Of a stretch of 64,000 nucleotides of DNA, positions 15,744 to 23,809 are shown piece after piece (the stretch's first letter is position 1; each line of letters begins with the position of its first letter). Source of the stretch: a virus (lineage: Duplodnaviria > Heunggongvirae > Uroviricota > Caudoviricetes). The notes under the pieces are model-generated. The model did not search any database. It had not been told where the DNA came from and saw only the letters and a program-made list of their open reading frames with translations. The stretch is taken from positions 1 through 64,000 of the IMG/VR virus record IMGVR_UViG_3300037258_000931; one strand, 5' to 3'. Position numbers and translations under genes: made by a program.

Positions 15744-16933
15744 GTCGCAACCGAGTTTGAGTGCACTGGGTAAGTGCAACCGGCGCCTTCACTCAGTCTT
15801 GCCTGCGCGGCAGACGTCGCCACGGGGCCAAGTGCACTGGGTAAGTGCAACGTGATGTTGTTCGTCATTTGGGCCTCGCCTCTTCCGTCGCAACGGGGTC
15901 CAAGTGCACTGCGTAAGTGCAACAATTTGGCTCGTACGTTCCACCCGAGGCAATCCGGTCGCAACCAGGACAAAGTGCACTGCGCAAGTGCAACTGCGAT
16001 TGTCTTCGCTAATGACTGTCAACAGCGCGTCACAACGGGAACCAAGTGCACTGAGCAAGTGCAACAGCTATACCTAAACTTTAGTGTCAAGCAAATGGAG
16101 TCGCAACGGGGTCCAAGTGCACTGAGTAAGTGCAACCTTATTGGCTGTCATGGAAGCACGCCGGAGGTTTAAGTCGAAACCGGGACCAAGTGCGCTGCGT
16201 AAGTGCAACGTTCCCCTCCAGCGTGTGAACACAAATTCGTGCGTCGCAACAAGGACGTAGTGCACTGGGCAAGTGCAACCGCAACCCTGGTGTTTATTGA
16301 ACCGCCGTTTGCCGTCGTCGCAACGGGCAAGTAGTGCGCTGAGTAAGTGCAACTCTACAGGACAGACGCGCAAGCTGAAGTCTGGCGGGTCGCAACGGGC
16401 GCCAAGTGCACTGGGCAAGTGCAACCTTGCACCGCCGCGCTATATGCCGCTCCAATACGTCGCAACGGGGTCCATGTGCACTGGATAAGTGCAACTTTTG
16501 CTTGGCACCGCAGAAAGCCCAAATCTCGTCGTCGCAACGGGGACCAAGTGCACTGAGTAAGTGCAACCACCATGTTATCGCAGGTTCTCGCCATACCGAT
16601 CAGTCGCAACGGGCGCCAAGTGCACTGGGCAAGTGCAACTTTGCCCCTTCGACTCGTACACGGTTGAGGTCGTGCCGCAACGGGGTCTAAGTGCACTGGA
16701 TAAGTGCAACGACTCCCCCACTCGCCGCCAGACCAATGTAATCTATCGTCGCAACGGGCGCCAAGTGCACTGGGCAAGTGCAACTCAAGTGAAATGGAAC
16801 AGCGAGCTATATCACTAGGTCGCGACGGCCGCGAAGTGCACTGGGTAAGTGCAACACCTAACCGCTGCGCCTATGCGGAAATTTAGAGTCGTCGCAACCG
16901 GAACGTAGTGTGCCGCGGAGGCGCAACTTTGCG
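15744..16933 (+). CRISPR. CRISPR array, about 17-18 repeats of 36-37 nt (consensus GTCGCAACGGGGTCCAAGTGCACTGGGTAAGTGCAAC) with unique 31-37 nt spacers
   Basis: Repeats share a 5' GTCGCAAC and 3' AGTGCACTGGGTAAGTGCAAC (hairpin TGCAC/GTGCA) but differ in the central about 9 nt; terminal repeats degenerate; an extra truncated repeat fragment (CCAGTGCAAC, 15700-15709) overlaps the cas12 stop region. Confidence 0.8.
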
Positions 16934-17344
16934 AGTTCGAAGTCGCCGCCGTTATGCCGGGCGGCCGTCTGCATGCAACGGCCGATTCAGGAGAACGCAT
17001 TGATCCGATTGATCCGATCGATCGATTGCTCGACCCGTCTGGCCAGATCGAGCCGCCCCATTTTTATGCAGAATCTATGCGCCTTTTGGGGAATGTCGAA
17101 AGATCCTTGCGACCGGTTGGCGGTATTTGTGGCGTTCGGCGCGCGCGGCGCCAACGCATGGCTGGATAAAGTAAAAATCTCCAACTCCGATGTGCACCTG
17201 CGATGGGCGCTGGTGCTTTACCGGATGCTGAACCATATTGCGAGGTTCGATGTGCTGCAGGAACCGCTGGGCGGCCTTAAAGAGACCCATCAGCTTTACA
17301 GGCGGCTGAAAGGCATTCTCGATCCCAACGGAAAACTTCGCTGA
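16910..17344 (+). CDS. hypothetical protein (true start probably downstream, near 17066)
   Basis: 144-aa ORF beginning inside the degenerate array end; the C-terminal half has normal composition. Confidence 0.25.
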   Translation: MPRRRNFASSKSPPLCRAAVCMQRPIQENALIRLIRSIDCSTRLARSSRPIFMQNLCAFWGMSKDPCDRLAVFVAFGARGANAWLDKVKISNSDVHLRWALVLYRMLNHIARFDVLQEPLGGLKETHQLYRRLKGILDPNGKLR

Positions 17345-17361
17345 GGCGCACGCGCCAGGTT

Positions 17362-17646
17362 TCACGGTTGCTTCTTCGGCCTTCCTCCATGGTACTCGGC
17401 GCGAGGATGGGACTTTTTGGCCAGCTTGGAAAAGTAGTCGGTGCCCTTTTTACGGGCCAGCTTCTGGCCGGCCAGTTTGGCGATCTTGGAATAAAATTCC
17501 GGATCGGCTTTGGTCAACTTTTCCGGTTCCCGTTTCTTGGGCTTATTGAGTTGAGTCACGCGCGCAGTATGGAGAATATCCGGCTGCGTGTCTAGTGCAA
17601 TTTTAGAGTTGACGCCGGACCAAAAGGGGGCTATCAGTGGAACCAC
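17362..17646 (-). CDS. possible KGG-repeat stress-protein-like small protein
   Basis: C-terminal DPEFYSKIAKLAGQKLARKKGTDYFSKLAKK resembles KGG-repeat stress-protein motifs; lone leftward gene; start uncertain (GTG near 17563 possible). Confidence 0.3.
   Translation of the reverse strand: MVPLIAPFWSGVNSKIALDTQPDILHTARVTQLNKPKKREPEKLTKADPEFYSKIAKLAGQKLARKKGTDYFSKLAKKSHPRAEYHGGRPKKQP
17609..17637 (+). promoter_or_regulatory. candidate promoter for the erf operon (TTGACG, 17 nt, TATCAG)
   Basis: Read directly 40 nt upstream of the ERF start codon. Confidence 0.3.
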
Positions 17647-17652
17647 TGACCT

Positions 17653-18864
17653 ATGTCCGACAGCCTGCGCTCACCCGACATTCCCGAAACACTTCCTGAC
17701 CGGCAGCCGAAGTTTCATCACTCGGCGGAGTTCGACCAGATATACGCCGCTTTCATCGACGCCCAGGCTGAATTTACGCCCGTGGCGAAGAACAAGACCG
17801 CTACCGTCTACAGCGCCAAAACCGGCAAGAGCTACACCTACAAGTTTGCCGACCTGGCCGACGTGCTCGGCATGGCGCTGCCGGTGCTGACCCGGCACAA
17901 GATCGGTCTGATGCAGCCGCACCTGATGGTGAGTGGCCGGCTGCGAGTGGTGACTCGGCTGATCCACGCCTCAGGCCAATGGATGATGAACGACGGTTTG
18001 GATATGGTGGAAGCTCAGGCGCGGCAGGATTTCGGCGGCGACTCCAGTTACAACCGGCGCTACGACGTGTGCAGTTTTCTGGGCATCGTGGCCGACGAGG
18101 ATACCGACGTTCAGCATCAGGGGATGGATTCCGACAAAGCTTCGGTACGGCAGCCAAAGCCGGTAACGCCGGCCCAGGCTCTGGCGCAGACCTCCGCGCA
18201 GACCTCCGCGCAGAATGGATCGGACAGCGCGGCCGGGAATTCGCGGGGCAATGCCTCTGCGAGCGATCGGAAGGGTTCGCCGGCAGCAGAGGAGCTGCTG
18301 GGGGCGCGCGCGGCGCTGGTGAACAAGCTGAAAGAGCTGGCGCCGGGGCCCGAACTTGGCAAGCGGGCCGGCGCCATGTTTCCGCAGCATAAGAGTACCC
18401 GGACGCTGACCGTGGCAGATCTGGAACAACTGCATGCGGTGCTGCTGCGCGAAAAACTGGACAACCAGAAACGGGAGCAGGAAAAGCTGGATCGGGAGAA
18501 GCGAGATCAGGAGAAGCTGGAAAGCGCGAAGCCGGAGCCGGCGGCTGCGAAGCCTGAGCAGCCAAAGCCGGGGCAAGCCGACGTGGTGCGCGATGCCGGC
18601 GACGAGGTGGCAGAGATGTTTGACGACGCAATGAAGAAACCGCAGACGCCGACCGCCGGAGAGACCATCGGCAAGGGTCTGGGACATCGGCTGCATAAGC
18701 TGATCGGGATTCACAAGATCCACACCGAGCAGGAACTCAAGGACGACTATCTGACGCCGTACGGTGTGGAACACGTATCGGATTTGCCGCGCGATCTCTA
18801 CGAGCGGTTATGCGCGTGGGCAGAGGGAACGCTGGAAGAAGGGAAGTCGATTGGCGATGCGTAG
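17653..18864 (+). CDS. erf: ERF-family single-strand annealing protein (recombinase)
   Basis: N-terminal AAFIDAQAEF..V.KNKTA...YKFADLADVL....PVLTRHKIGL matches the ERF signature; acidic and Lys/Glu-rich C-terminal extension. Confidence 0.7.
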   Translation: MSDSLRSPDIPETLPDRQPKFHHSAEFDQIYAAFIDAQAEFTPVAKNKTATVYSAKTGKSYTYKFADLADVLGMALPVLTRHKIGLMQPHLMVSGRLRVVTRLIHASGQWMMNDGLDMVEAQARQDFGGDSSYNRRYDVCSFLGIVADEDTDVQHQGMDSDKASVRQPKPVTPAQALAQTSAQTSAQNGSDSAAGNSRGNASASDRKGSPAAEELLGARAALVNKLKELAPGPELGKRAGAMFPQHKSTRTLTVADLEQLHAVLLREKLDNQKREQEKLDREKRDQEKLESAKPEPAAAKPEQPKPGQADVVRDAGDEVAEMFDDAMKKPQTPTAGETIGKGLGHRLHKLIGIHKIHTEQELKDDYLTPYGVEHVSDLPRDLYERLCAWAEGTLEEGKSIGDA

Positions 18865-19063
18865 AAAGCTGGTAGGCAATGTGGCGATGTCGAAGACTCC
18901 TTTAGATCGCTCCGCCGGGTCGAAACCGACGCCCGATGCGGAGACGGAGCCGGATTGGGAAGGCGAATGTGAAGTGTGCGGCGCCAGCCCGATAGTTCCG
19001 GCGACCGGTATGTGCGGCCCCTGCACCTTTGGCGAGGCGGACACCGCCGACGGGAACTGGTAG
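18857..19063 (+). CDS. small zinc-ribbon protein
   Basis: 68 aa; CEVCG...CGPC Cys pairs. Confidence 0.35.
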   Translation: MRRKLVGNVAMSKTPLDRSAGSKPTPDAETEPDWEGECEVCGASPIVPATGMCGPCTFGEADTADGNW

Positions 19064-19155
19064 CGGCCGGGAACCGGTAGAAATGTTCTTTCTTTCACAA
19101 GCGCGCGCAGGTTATCATCTCTTCCGTAGCAGAAATCCTACCGAGGAGATGATGT

Positions 19156-19530
19156 ATGAAGATGATGGACTGGTCCGAAGCGTTCCCGCGCAAGGTAAAC
19201 ATGGACCAATATCTGCCGCTGATCGAGAGCGCGCTGAAGGCGGCCACCGGCAAGGACAGTCGGCCTCGCGTGGTGTTTGAGGACTATCCCGATAAGAAGT
19301 CCGCGACCCGGGCCGCCAACGCGATGCGTAATCACGTCCGGCATAAGAAGCTGGAGCTGGTAGTAGCGCAACCCAACGAATCGACCCGGGTGTTTGTGTA
19401 CAAGGGCACGCCGGACGTACGGCCACGGAAGAAGAATGCACAGCAGCCTCTCAGCTCCGAAGCTCCTGAAGCCTCAGCCGGAGATGGCGCGGCCGGGGGA
19501 GACAGCGGAGAAACTGAGCCCACGGCTTGA
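19156..19530 (+). CDS. hypothetical protein
   Basis: 124 aa; SD GAGGAGATGATGT then ATG. Confidence 0.4.
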   Translation: MKMMDWSEAFPRKVNMDQYLPLIESALKAATGKDSRPRVVFEDYPDKKSATRAANAMRNHVRHKKLELVVAQPNESTRVFVYKGTPDVRPRKKNAQQPLSSEAPEASAGDGAAGGDSGETEPTA

Positions 19531-20167
19531 GATAGCCGGCGGATGGTTTGAGCCGGACGGCCATATTTATCGTGACGCTCTGGGCAATCGGGTCCTGAGC
19601 GTCACGCAGGTCTTGCAATCGATGGGGCTGGTGGATTATCGCGGCGTCCGCCCGGACGTGCTGCAGCATAAATCCGAGATCGGCATCGCAGTCCACAGGT
19701 CTGTGGAACTGCTTCTTCAAAAAAATCTGGACTGGGATACGGTGGACGAAGCCGCCATGAACTATGTGGTGGGCACCGAGCTATGGTTGCGCGATATGCG
19801 CTTTGAGTTGGAAAGCTGCGAGCAGCAGGGTGTTCTGGACGTGTATGGGATGAAGATCGGCTACCAATACGACCTGCTGGGCCGGATCTGGTATCAGGGA
19901 AATCTGCGACCGGTGATTGTGGACCTGAAGACGGCTGTGCAGACCAGCGTGTCCTGGGCGTTGCAGACCGCGGCCTATGCGCTGGCGGCGAGGCGCCGGG
20001 GTAGGATAAAGACCGGCGAAGCTTGTCTGCGGGTGGTGCTGCATCTGCAGAAAGACGGCCGTGTCAAGCCGCTTTACTACGACGACCCAGACGATGAACG
20101 GACATTTTTATATATGGCATATTGTGCGACCTGGAAGCAGAATCACGGGTATGAGGCGGCGGCATGA
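19484..20167 (+). CDS. RecB-family PD-(D/E)xK nuclease, likely recombination exonuclease partner of ERF
   Basis: Motifs EIGIAVHRSVE, GYQYDLLGRI, VIVDLKT ((D/E)xK) and QTAAYALA (QxxxY); no C-terminal 4-Cys cluster, so not Cas4-like. Confidence 0.55.
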   Translation: MARPGETAEKLSPRLEIAGGWFEPDGHIYRDALGNRVLSVTQVLQSMGLVDYRGVRPDVLQHKSEIGIAVHRSVELLLQKNLDWDTVDEAAMNYVVGTELWLRDMRFELESCEQQGVLDVYGMKIGYQYDLLGRIWYQGNLRPVIVDLKTAVQTSVSWALQTAAYALAARRRGRIKTGEACLRVVLHLQKDGRVKPLYYDDPDDERTFLYMAYCATWKQNHGYEAAA

Positions 20168-20334
20168 GTGAGAAACAGATCAAGGGACCATGCGGTCGCG
20201 GTGGAAAGGCAGCGCAGGTGGCTCGCACTGCTTACTCCTTTGGCCAGCAGTCGAAGAATTGCGGCTAGAAGCGGTATAGCGCCGCAGGCGCAGTTGCCCG
20301 TGCGGCCAGCACCCGAGGGGAAAGTGACGGGAGT

Positions 20335-21048
20335 GTGGAGGAGATTGATTTTGAACCGGCGCCGGCAAGTGAGTTATCGGAGCTGACGCAGTTGGAGATT
20401 ATCGAACCGGATCTGGTAATGCCTTCCAGCTTTGACCGGCGGGCGGCCAGCTTGCGCGCCGGCGTCGCCATGGTGCTGCGCCACGCGGAAATGGTGCTGG
20501 CGTCCGAGATGATTACGGCCGAAGATCAGCAGCGGGCGATCGAGGCTGGACAGCTCCTGCAGGCTACGACCAAGGCAGTCGCTGAGTTCTACAAGCCGGT
20601 CAAACAGCGGATCGATCAGATCAAGCAGCCGATCCTGGACGCAGAACGAAGCGAGACCGAGTCGCTGAAGAGCGCCAAAGACCGGTTGGGGGCGGCAATC
20701 CTGGAGTTCGACCGGCGCCAGCAGGAGGCGCAGCAACTGGCCCAGGAGTTGGCCCGGGATCGCGCGCAGGACGACGGGATGACGATCGAAGGCGAGCTGC
20801 CGCTGCCGGTGATCGTGCCAATCCAGGCGCCGGGAAAGACGCGAGGGAAGGTCCCGCGGGCGACCTGGCGTGCGGAGGTAACCGATTTCATGAAGCTGGT
20901 ACAGGCGGTGGCCGCCGGCCACGTCCTGCCTAAGGCGCTGCTGCCGAACGGAAGCTGGCTCGACAAGCGTGCCGACACGGATCGGGAGGGGATGAGTATT
21001 CCCGGTGTGGAGGCCCGCGAAACCAAGAAGGTCCATTTTCGCACTTGA
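20335..21048 (+). CDS. hypothetical protein
   Basis: 237 aa, charged and helical composition; the 232-aa opposite-strand ORF is Arg/Leu-rich and rejected. Confidence 0.4.
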   Translation: MEEIDFEPAPASELSELTQLEIIEPDLVMPSSFDRRAASLRAGVAMVLRHAEMVLASEMITAEDQQRAIEAGQLLQATTKAVAEFYKPVKQRIDQIKQPILDAERSETESLKSAKDRLGAAILEFDRRQQEAQQLAQELARDRAQDDGMTIEGELPLPVIVPIQAPGKTRGKVPRATWRAEVTDFMKLVQAVAAGHVLPKALLPNGSWLDKRADTDREGMSIPGVEARETKKVHFRT

Positions 21049-21057
21049 GGAGAAGCT

Positions 21058-21396
21058 ATGAAGCTGAAACATACGCTGTTGCTGATTTGTCTGTTGGCCG
21101 GCTGCGAAGCAGCGGCGTCCCGGGCGCGGGGCCAGTCGGCGGCCGCCCCGCAGCTAGTGCCTGTGGCCGTAGCCCCGGAGCAGCAGAGTCAGATCGACCT
21201 GGCCTGGAAGGATGTCCAGATCGCGCAGCTTGAGCTGCAGATGGCGGTTCAGCAAGCATTGGCGGGGCTGGGCAAGGATGCCGAGTACGACGCCAGTCGC
21301 CGCCAGTTCTTTCGTAAGGTAACCCCTGCGGCGCCGCCTAAAACAGCGGCCGGAGGAGCGGCTCCGAAAACAGAACCGGGAGCGAAACGGAACTAA
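21058..21396 (+). CDS. putative lipoprotein
   Basis: Signal peptide with lipobox LLAGC; 112 aa. Confidence 0.45.
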   Translation: MKLKHTLLLICLLAGCEAAASRARGQSAAAPQLVPVAVAPEQQSQIDLAWKDVQIAQLELQMAVQQALAGLGKDAEYDASRRQFFRKVTPAAPPKTAAGGAAPKTEPGAKRN

Positions 21397-21551
21397 CCTG
21401 CTTGCTGGGTTAGTCCAGAATCTGGATCGCGGGCAGCAGGCCCCGGGGGCGCCCGAGGCGCTGATCCAAAAAGGGGCTTGACAGGGAGAGCCGGCCGCCG
21501 TAGGAATGCGAGTGGCGCCCGTAGGCAGGAGTTCGCCGCGGGAGCCGCTCT

Positions 21552-21595
21552 GCGGCGGCTCGTTTCCTCCTCGGTTTCCGAGCCGCCGTTTTATT
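21552..21595 (+). terminator. rho-independent terminator candidate
   Basis: 9-bp perfect stem GGCGGCTCG...CGAGCCGCC followed by GTTTTATT. Confidence 0.45.
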
Positions 21596-21697
21596 CCGGC
21601 GAAACCGGGCGGTCTGGGACTTTTCCACATTTTGCACCGCCAACTTTCTGGCAATTCTAAAAAACGGTCATTGCGCTCTGGTCCAAAAAGGGGTACA

Positions 21698-21727
21698 TTG
21701 CGGAAATTGATTCACCACGCATATTTA
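21698..21727 (+). promoter_or_regulatory. candidate promoter for xis-int (TTGCGG, 17-18 nt, TATTTA)
   Basis: Located about 30 nt upstream of the xis ATG; duplicated CCAAAAAGGGG motif at 21467 and 21683. Confidence 0.35.
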
Positions 21728-21755
21728 AGTTTTGATGTCTCCACAAAGGGTGTGT

Positions 21756-22022
21756 ATGAAGACTGTTTACATTGATCGACCGATGGAGCCTTTGATTGGG
21801 GCCGACGAGGCCGCAGATTACCTTGGATTCTCCGCAAGCACAGTGCGCAAGATGGCGCGGAAGGGGAGCCTTCCGTCCTACGCTTATCCTCGCGGGAAGG
21901 GTAAATTTCTCCACCGCTACAAGGTCTCCGAGCTGAAGCAATATCTGACCTCGATTCAACGCAAGCCGGTTGGCGGCGAAGATGCCGATCCGCAGGAACC
22001 TCTTGCCATGCGGGCGGGTTAG
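21756..22022 (+). CDS. xis: excisionase / AlpA-like helix-turn-helix protein
   Basis: 88 aa; LIGADEAADYLGFSASTVRKMARKG helix-turn-helix; immediately upstream of the integrase. Confidence 0.5.
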   Translation: MKTVYIDRPMEPLIGADEAADYLGFSASTVRKMARKGSLPSYAYPRGKGKFLHRYKVSELKQYLTSIQRKPVGGEDADPQEPLAMRAG

Positions 22023-22075
22023 CCCTAGAGTTAGATTATGGCGCATTGCGCCAATTTAACTGTGAGGGGGAGTCC

Positions 22076-23263
22076 GTGAAGAGACCGAGGAAGCGGGTAG
22101 AGCAGTTTGGGTACGTGGAAGGACCTAAAAACGGGTCGTATTTTCTGCGTTATTGGGGCTCGCCGGATGGTGAGGGAAAGAGAAGCCGGTGCGCGATTGA
22201 AATTGGCTTGAAGGGGCAGTTCAACAGCAAAGAGGAAGCTTCTTATTCGATCGAAGCAGCGAAACTGCGGCGTCGCATCAACGCCGGAGCGATTGGCCGC
22301 ACCGTGGGCCAGATTGCGGCGGAGTTTGAGCGCGACGCGATGCCAAAACGGGCTAATACTCGCGCTACCGATCTGACCTGCCTGCGGCATATCGTGAAGA
22401 AGTGGGATACAGAGCCCATTGCCGGGCTGACCGAGACCACGGAATCGAAGCGGCTGGAGGGCTGGCTGGACCGCATGCGCAGGTTCGATGGCTCGCAGGA
22501 GCTGAGCTATTCGGCCAAGAAGAATGTGCGCCAGCAGATGGCGACTCTGTTTGATTTTGCGATGAAGCAGGGTTACATTCCTACCAACGTAAACCCCATG
22601 GAACGGGTTCACCTGGTGCAGCGGGAAGAGCCCCGGCGCCGGCAAAAGTTATCGCCTAAGCTGCTGGATCTGTTTTTTGCCAGCCCGGATATCCCGGAGT
22701 ACGTAAAGGTCATCGCGCACGTCGCCAAACGCACCGGGTTCCGCATCAGCGAAATTCTAGGACTGAAAAAAGAGGATTTTGATCTGGACAGCAATTTGGT
22801 AACGGTGCGGCGTCGGATCTATCGGGAGGAGATCGCGGGACCTAAAAGCAAGAAGTCCGGAGACCCGGTGCCCTTCGACGAGGAGCTGTTTCGGATTCTA
22901 AGCGCGTGGCTGAAGTCGCCGGGCAACTACCCCAACTTCGAAGGCTGGCTGTTTTGTTCACCCATGACGCGCCGCCCCTACTCCGCCGATGGGATGCAGT
23001 TGAGCCACCTCCGCCCCTTCGGGCTACGGCACGGGATCGAGAAGTTCGGCTGGCACAGTTTCCGGCACGGCTTTAAGGACTACCTGAAAGAAGCGGAGAC
23101 GCCGCTCGATGAGATCAAGCGCCTGATGCGGCACTCCAAGATCCAGACCACTGACGGGTATGGCTCTGAAAGCAGTATGGAGACGTTGCGCCGGCGCCAG
23201 GCCGCTGCGATTGCGCTGATGGAACGGCCAGCGGTTGAACCGAAGAAGCGGAAGTGGGCGTGA
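22076..23263 (+). CDS. int: tyrosine integrase (site-specific recombinase)
   Basis: GTG start after GAGGGGGAG; C-terminal catalytic region with RISEILGL, HSFRHGF, RLMRHS...TDGYG (R..H..R..Y). Confidence 0.8.
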   Translation: MKRPRKRVEQFGYVEGPKNGSYFLRYWGSPDGEGKRSRCAIEIGLKGQFNSKEEASYSIEAAKLRRRINAGAIGRTVGQIAAEFERDAMPKRANTRATDLTCLRHIVKKWDTEPIAGLTETTESKRLEGWLDRMRRFDGSQELSYSAKKNVRQQMATLFDFAMKQGYIPTNVNPMERVHLVQREEPRRRQKLSPKLLDLFFASPDIPEYVKVIAHVAKRTGFRISEILGLKKEDFDLDSNLVTVRRRIYREEIAGPKSKKSGDPVPFDEELFRILSAWLKSPGNYPNFEGWLFCSPMTRRPYSADGMQLSHLRPFGLRHGIEKFGWHSFRHGFKDYLKEAETPLDEIKRLMRHSKIQTTDGYGSESSMETLRRRQAAAIALMERPAVEPKKRKWA

Positions 23264-23800
23264 AGCGGTTCAGCATGATTTTATTTTTTGGACACCAACG
23301 TGGACTACATGGATTGGTAAGTTGTAGAAAAATTAGGAGTTGTTTGATGTCTTGTTAGAGCGCCTGAATAACCATGTTTTGATAACACTGGATTTAATTG
23401 CTCAGTAACGACTTTTTTGGTCGTTTGTTATCAGTGGTTTAGAGGGTGGCCGCTGGGCGGTGGACTATAACTGGACTCTGGGATTTATAGGCTGGAGTCT
23501 GGTTGCAGGTCCACCGAACACCTGGCGGCGCGGATGGGGAATGGCTCGATTTGCTTCCCCTGCCGGGCTCTGACCGGACCTCTCTCCTTCCTGTTTTCTC
23601 CCCTTCCTTTCCACTCCGAATTCATACCGGCCGGCGCGCGGTTGCGCCGGTCTCAAGGGAAGATCTTTGCGCTGTTTTTATGCCGTTTTTCATTCGCTGG
23701 GCGATTACCGGGTGAGCCCGGAGCTGGCCCGGGGCTGTATGGGGCCTGCATAAAACCGGAACAAAATTTGAACGAAATTTGAACGAGGCTCGGACGAGGC
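23264..23800. other. AT-rich non-coding region downstream of int, candidate attP and regulatory region
   Basis: Lowest GC in the window; direct repeats GTGGACTA (x2) and AAATTTGAACG (x2), GAGGCTC (x2); no ORF. Confidence 0.3.
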
Positions 23801-23809
23801 TCATGAGAC

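Noticed and set aside
15774-16886. Multiple 60-140-aa ORFs on both strands across 15.77-16.89 kb (e.g. 15774-16172 +, 16074-16424 -, 16355-16783 -)
   Set aside because: They run through the CRISPR repeat-spacer array; their periodic amino-acid repeats (…SALGKCN…) are just translated repeats. Not coding.
17801-18774. 276-aa and 267-aa ORFs on the minus strand
   Set aside because: Antisense to the ERF gene; Pro/Arg/Ala-rich low-complexity translation.
19484-20167. Cas4 adaptation nuclease as part of the CRISPR locus
   Set aside because: It has RecB-family motifs including QxxxY but lacks the C-terminal four-Cys Fe-S cluster of Cas4, is 4 kb from the array and directly follows an ERF annealing protein. 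A recombination exonuclease is the simpler reading.
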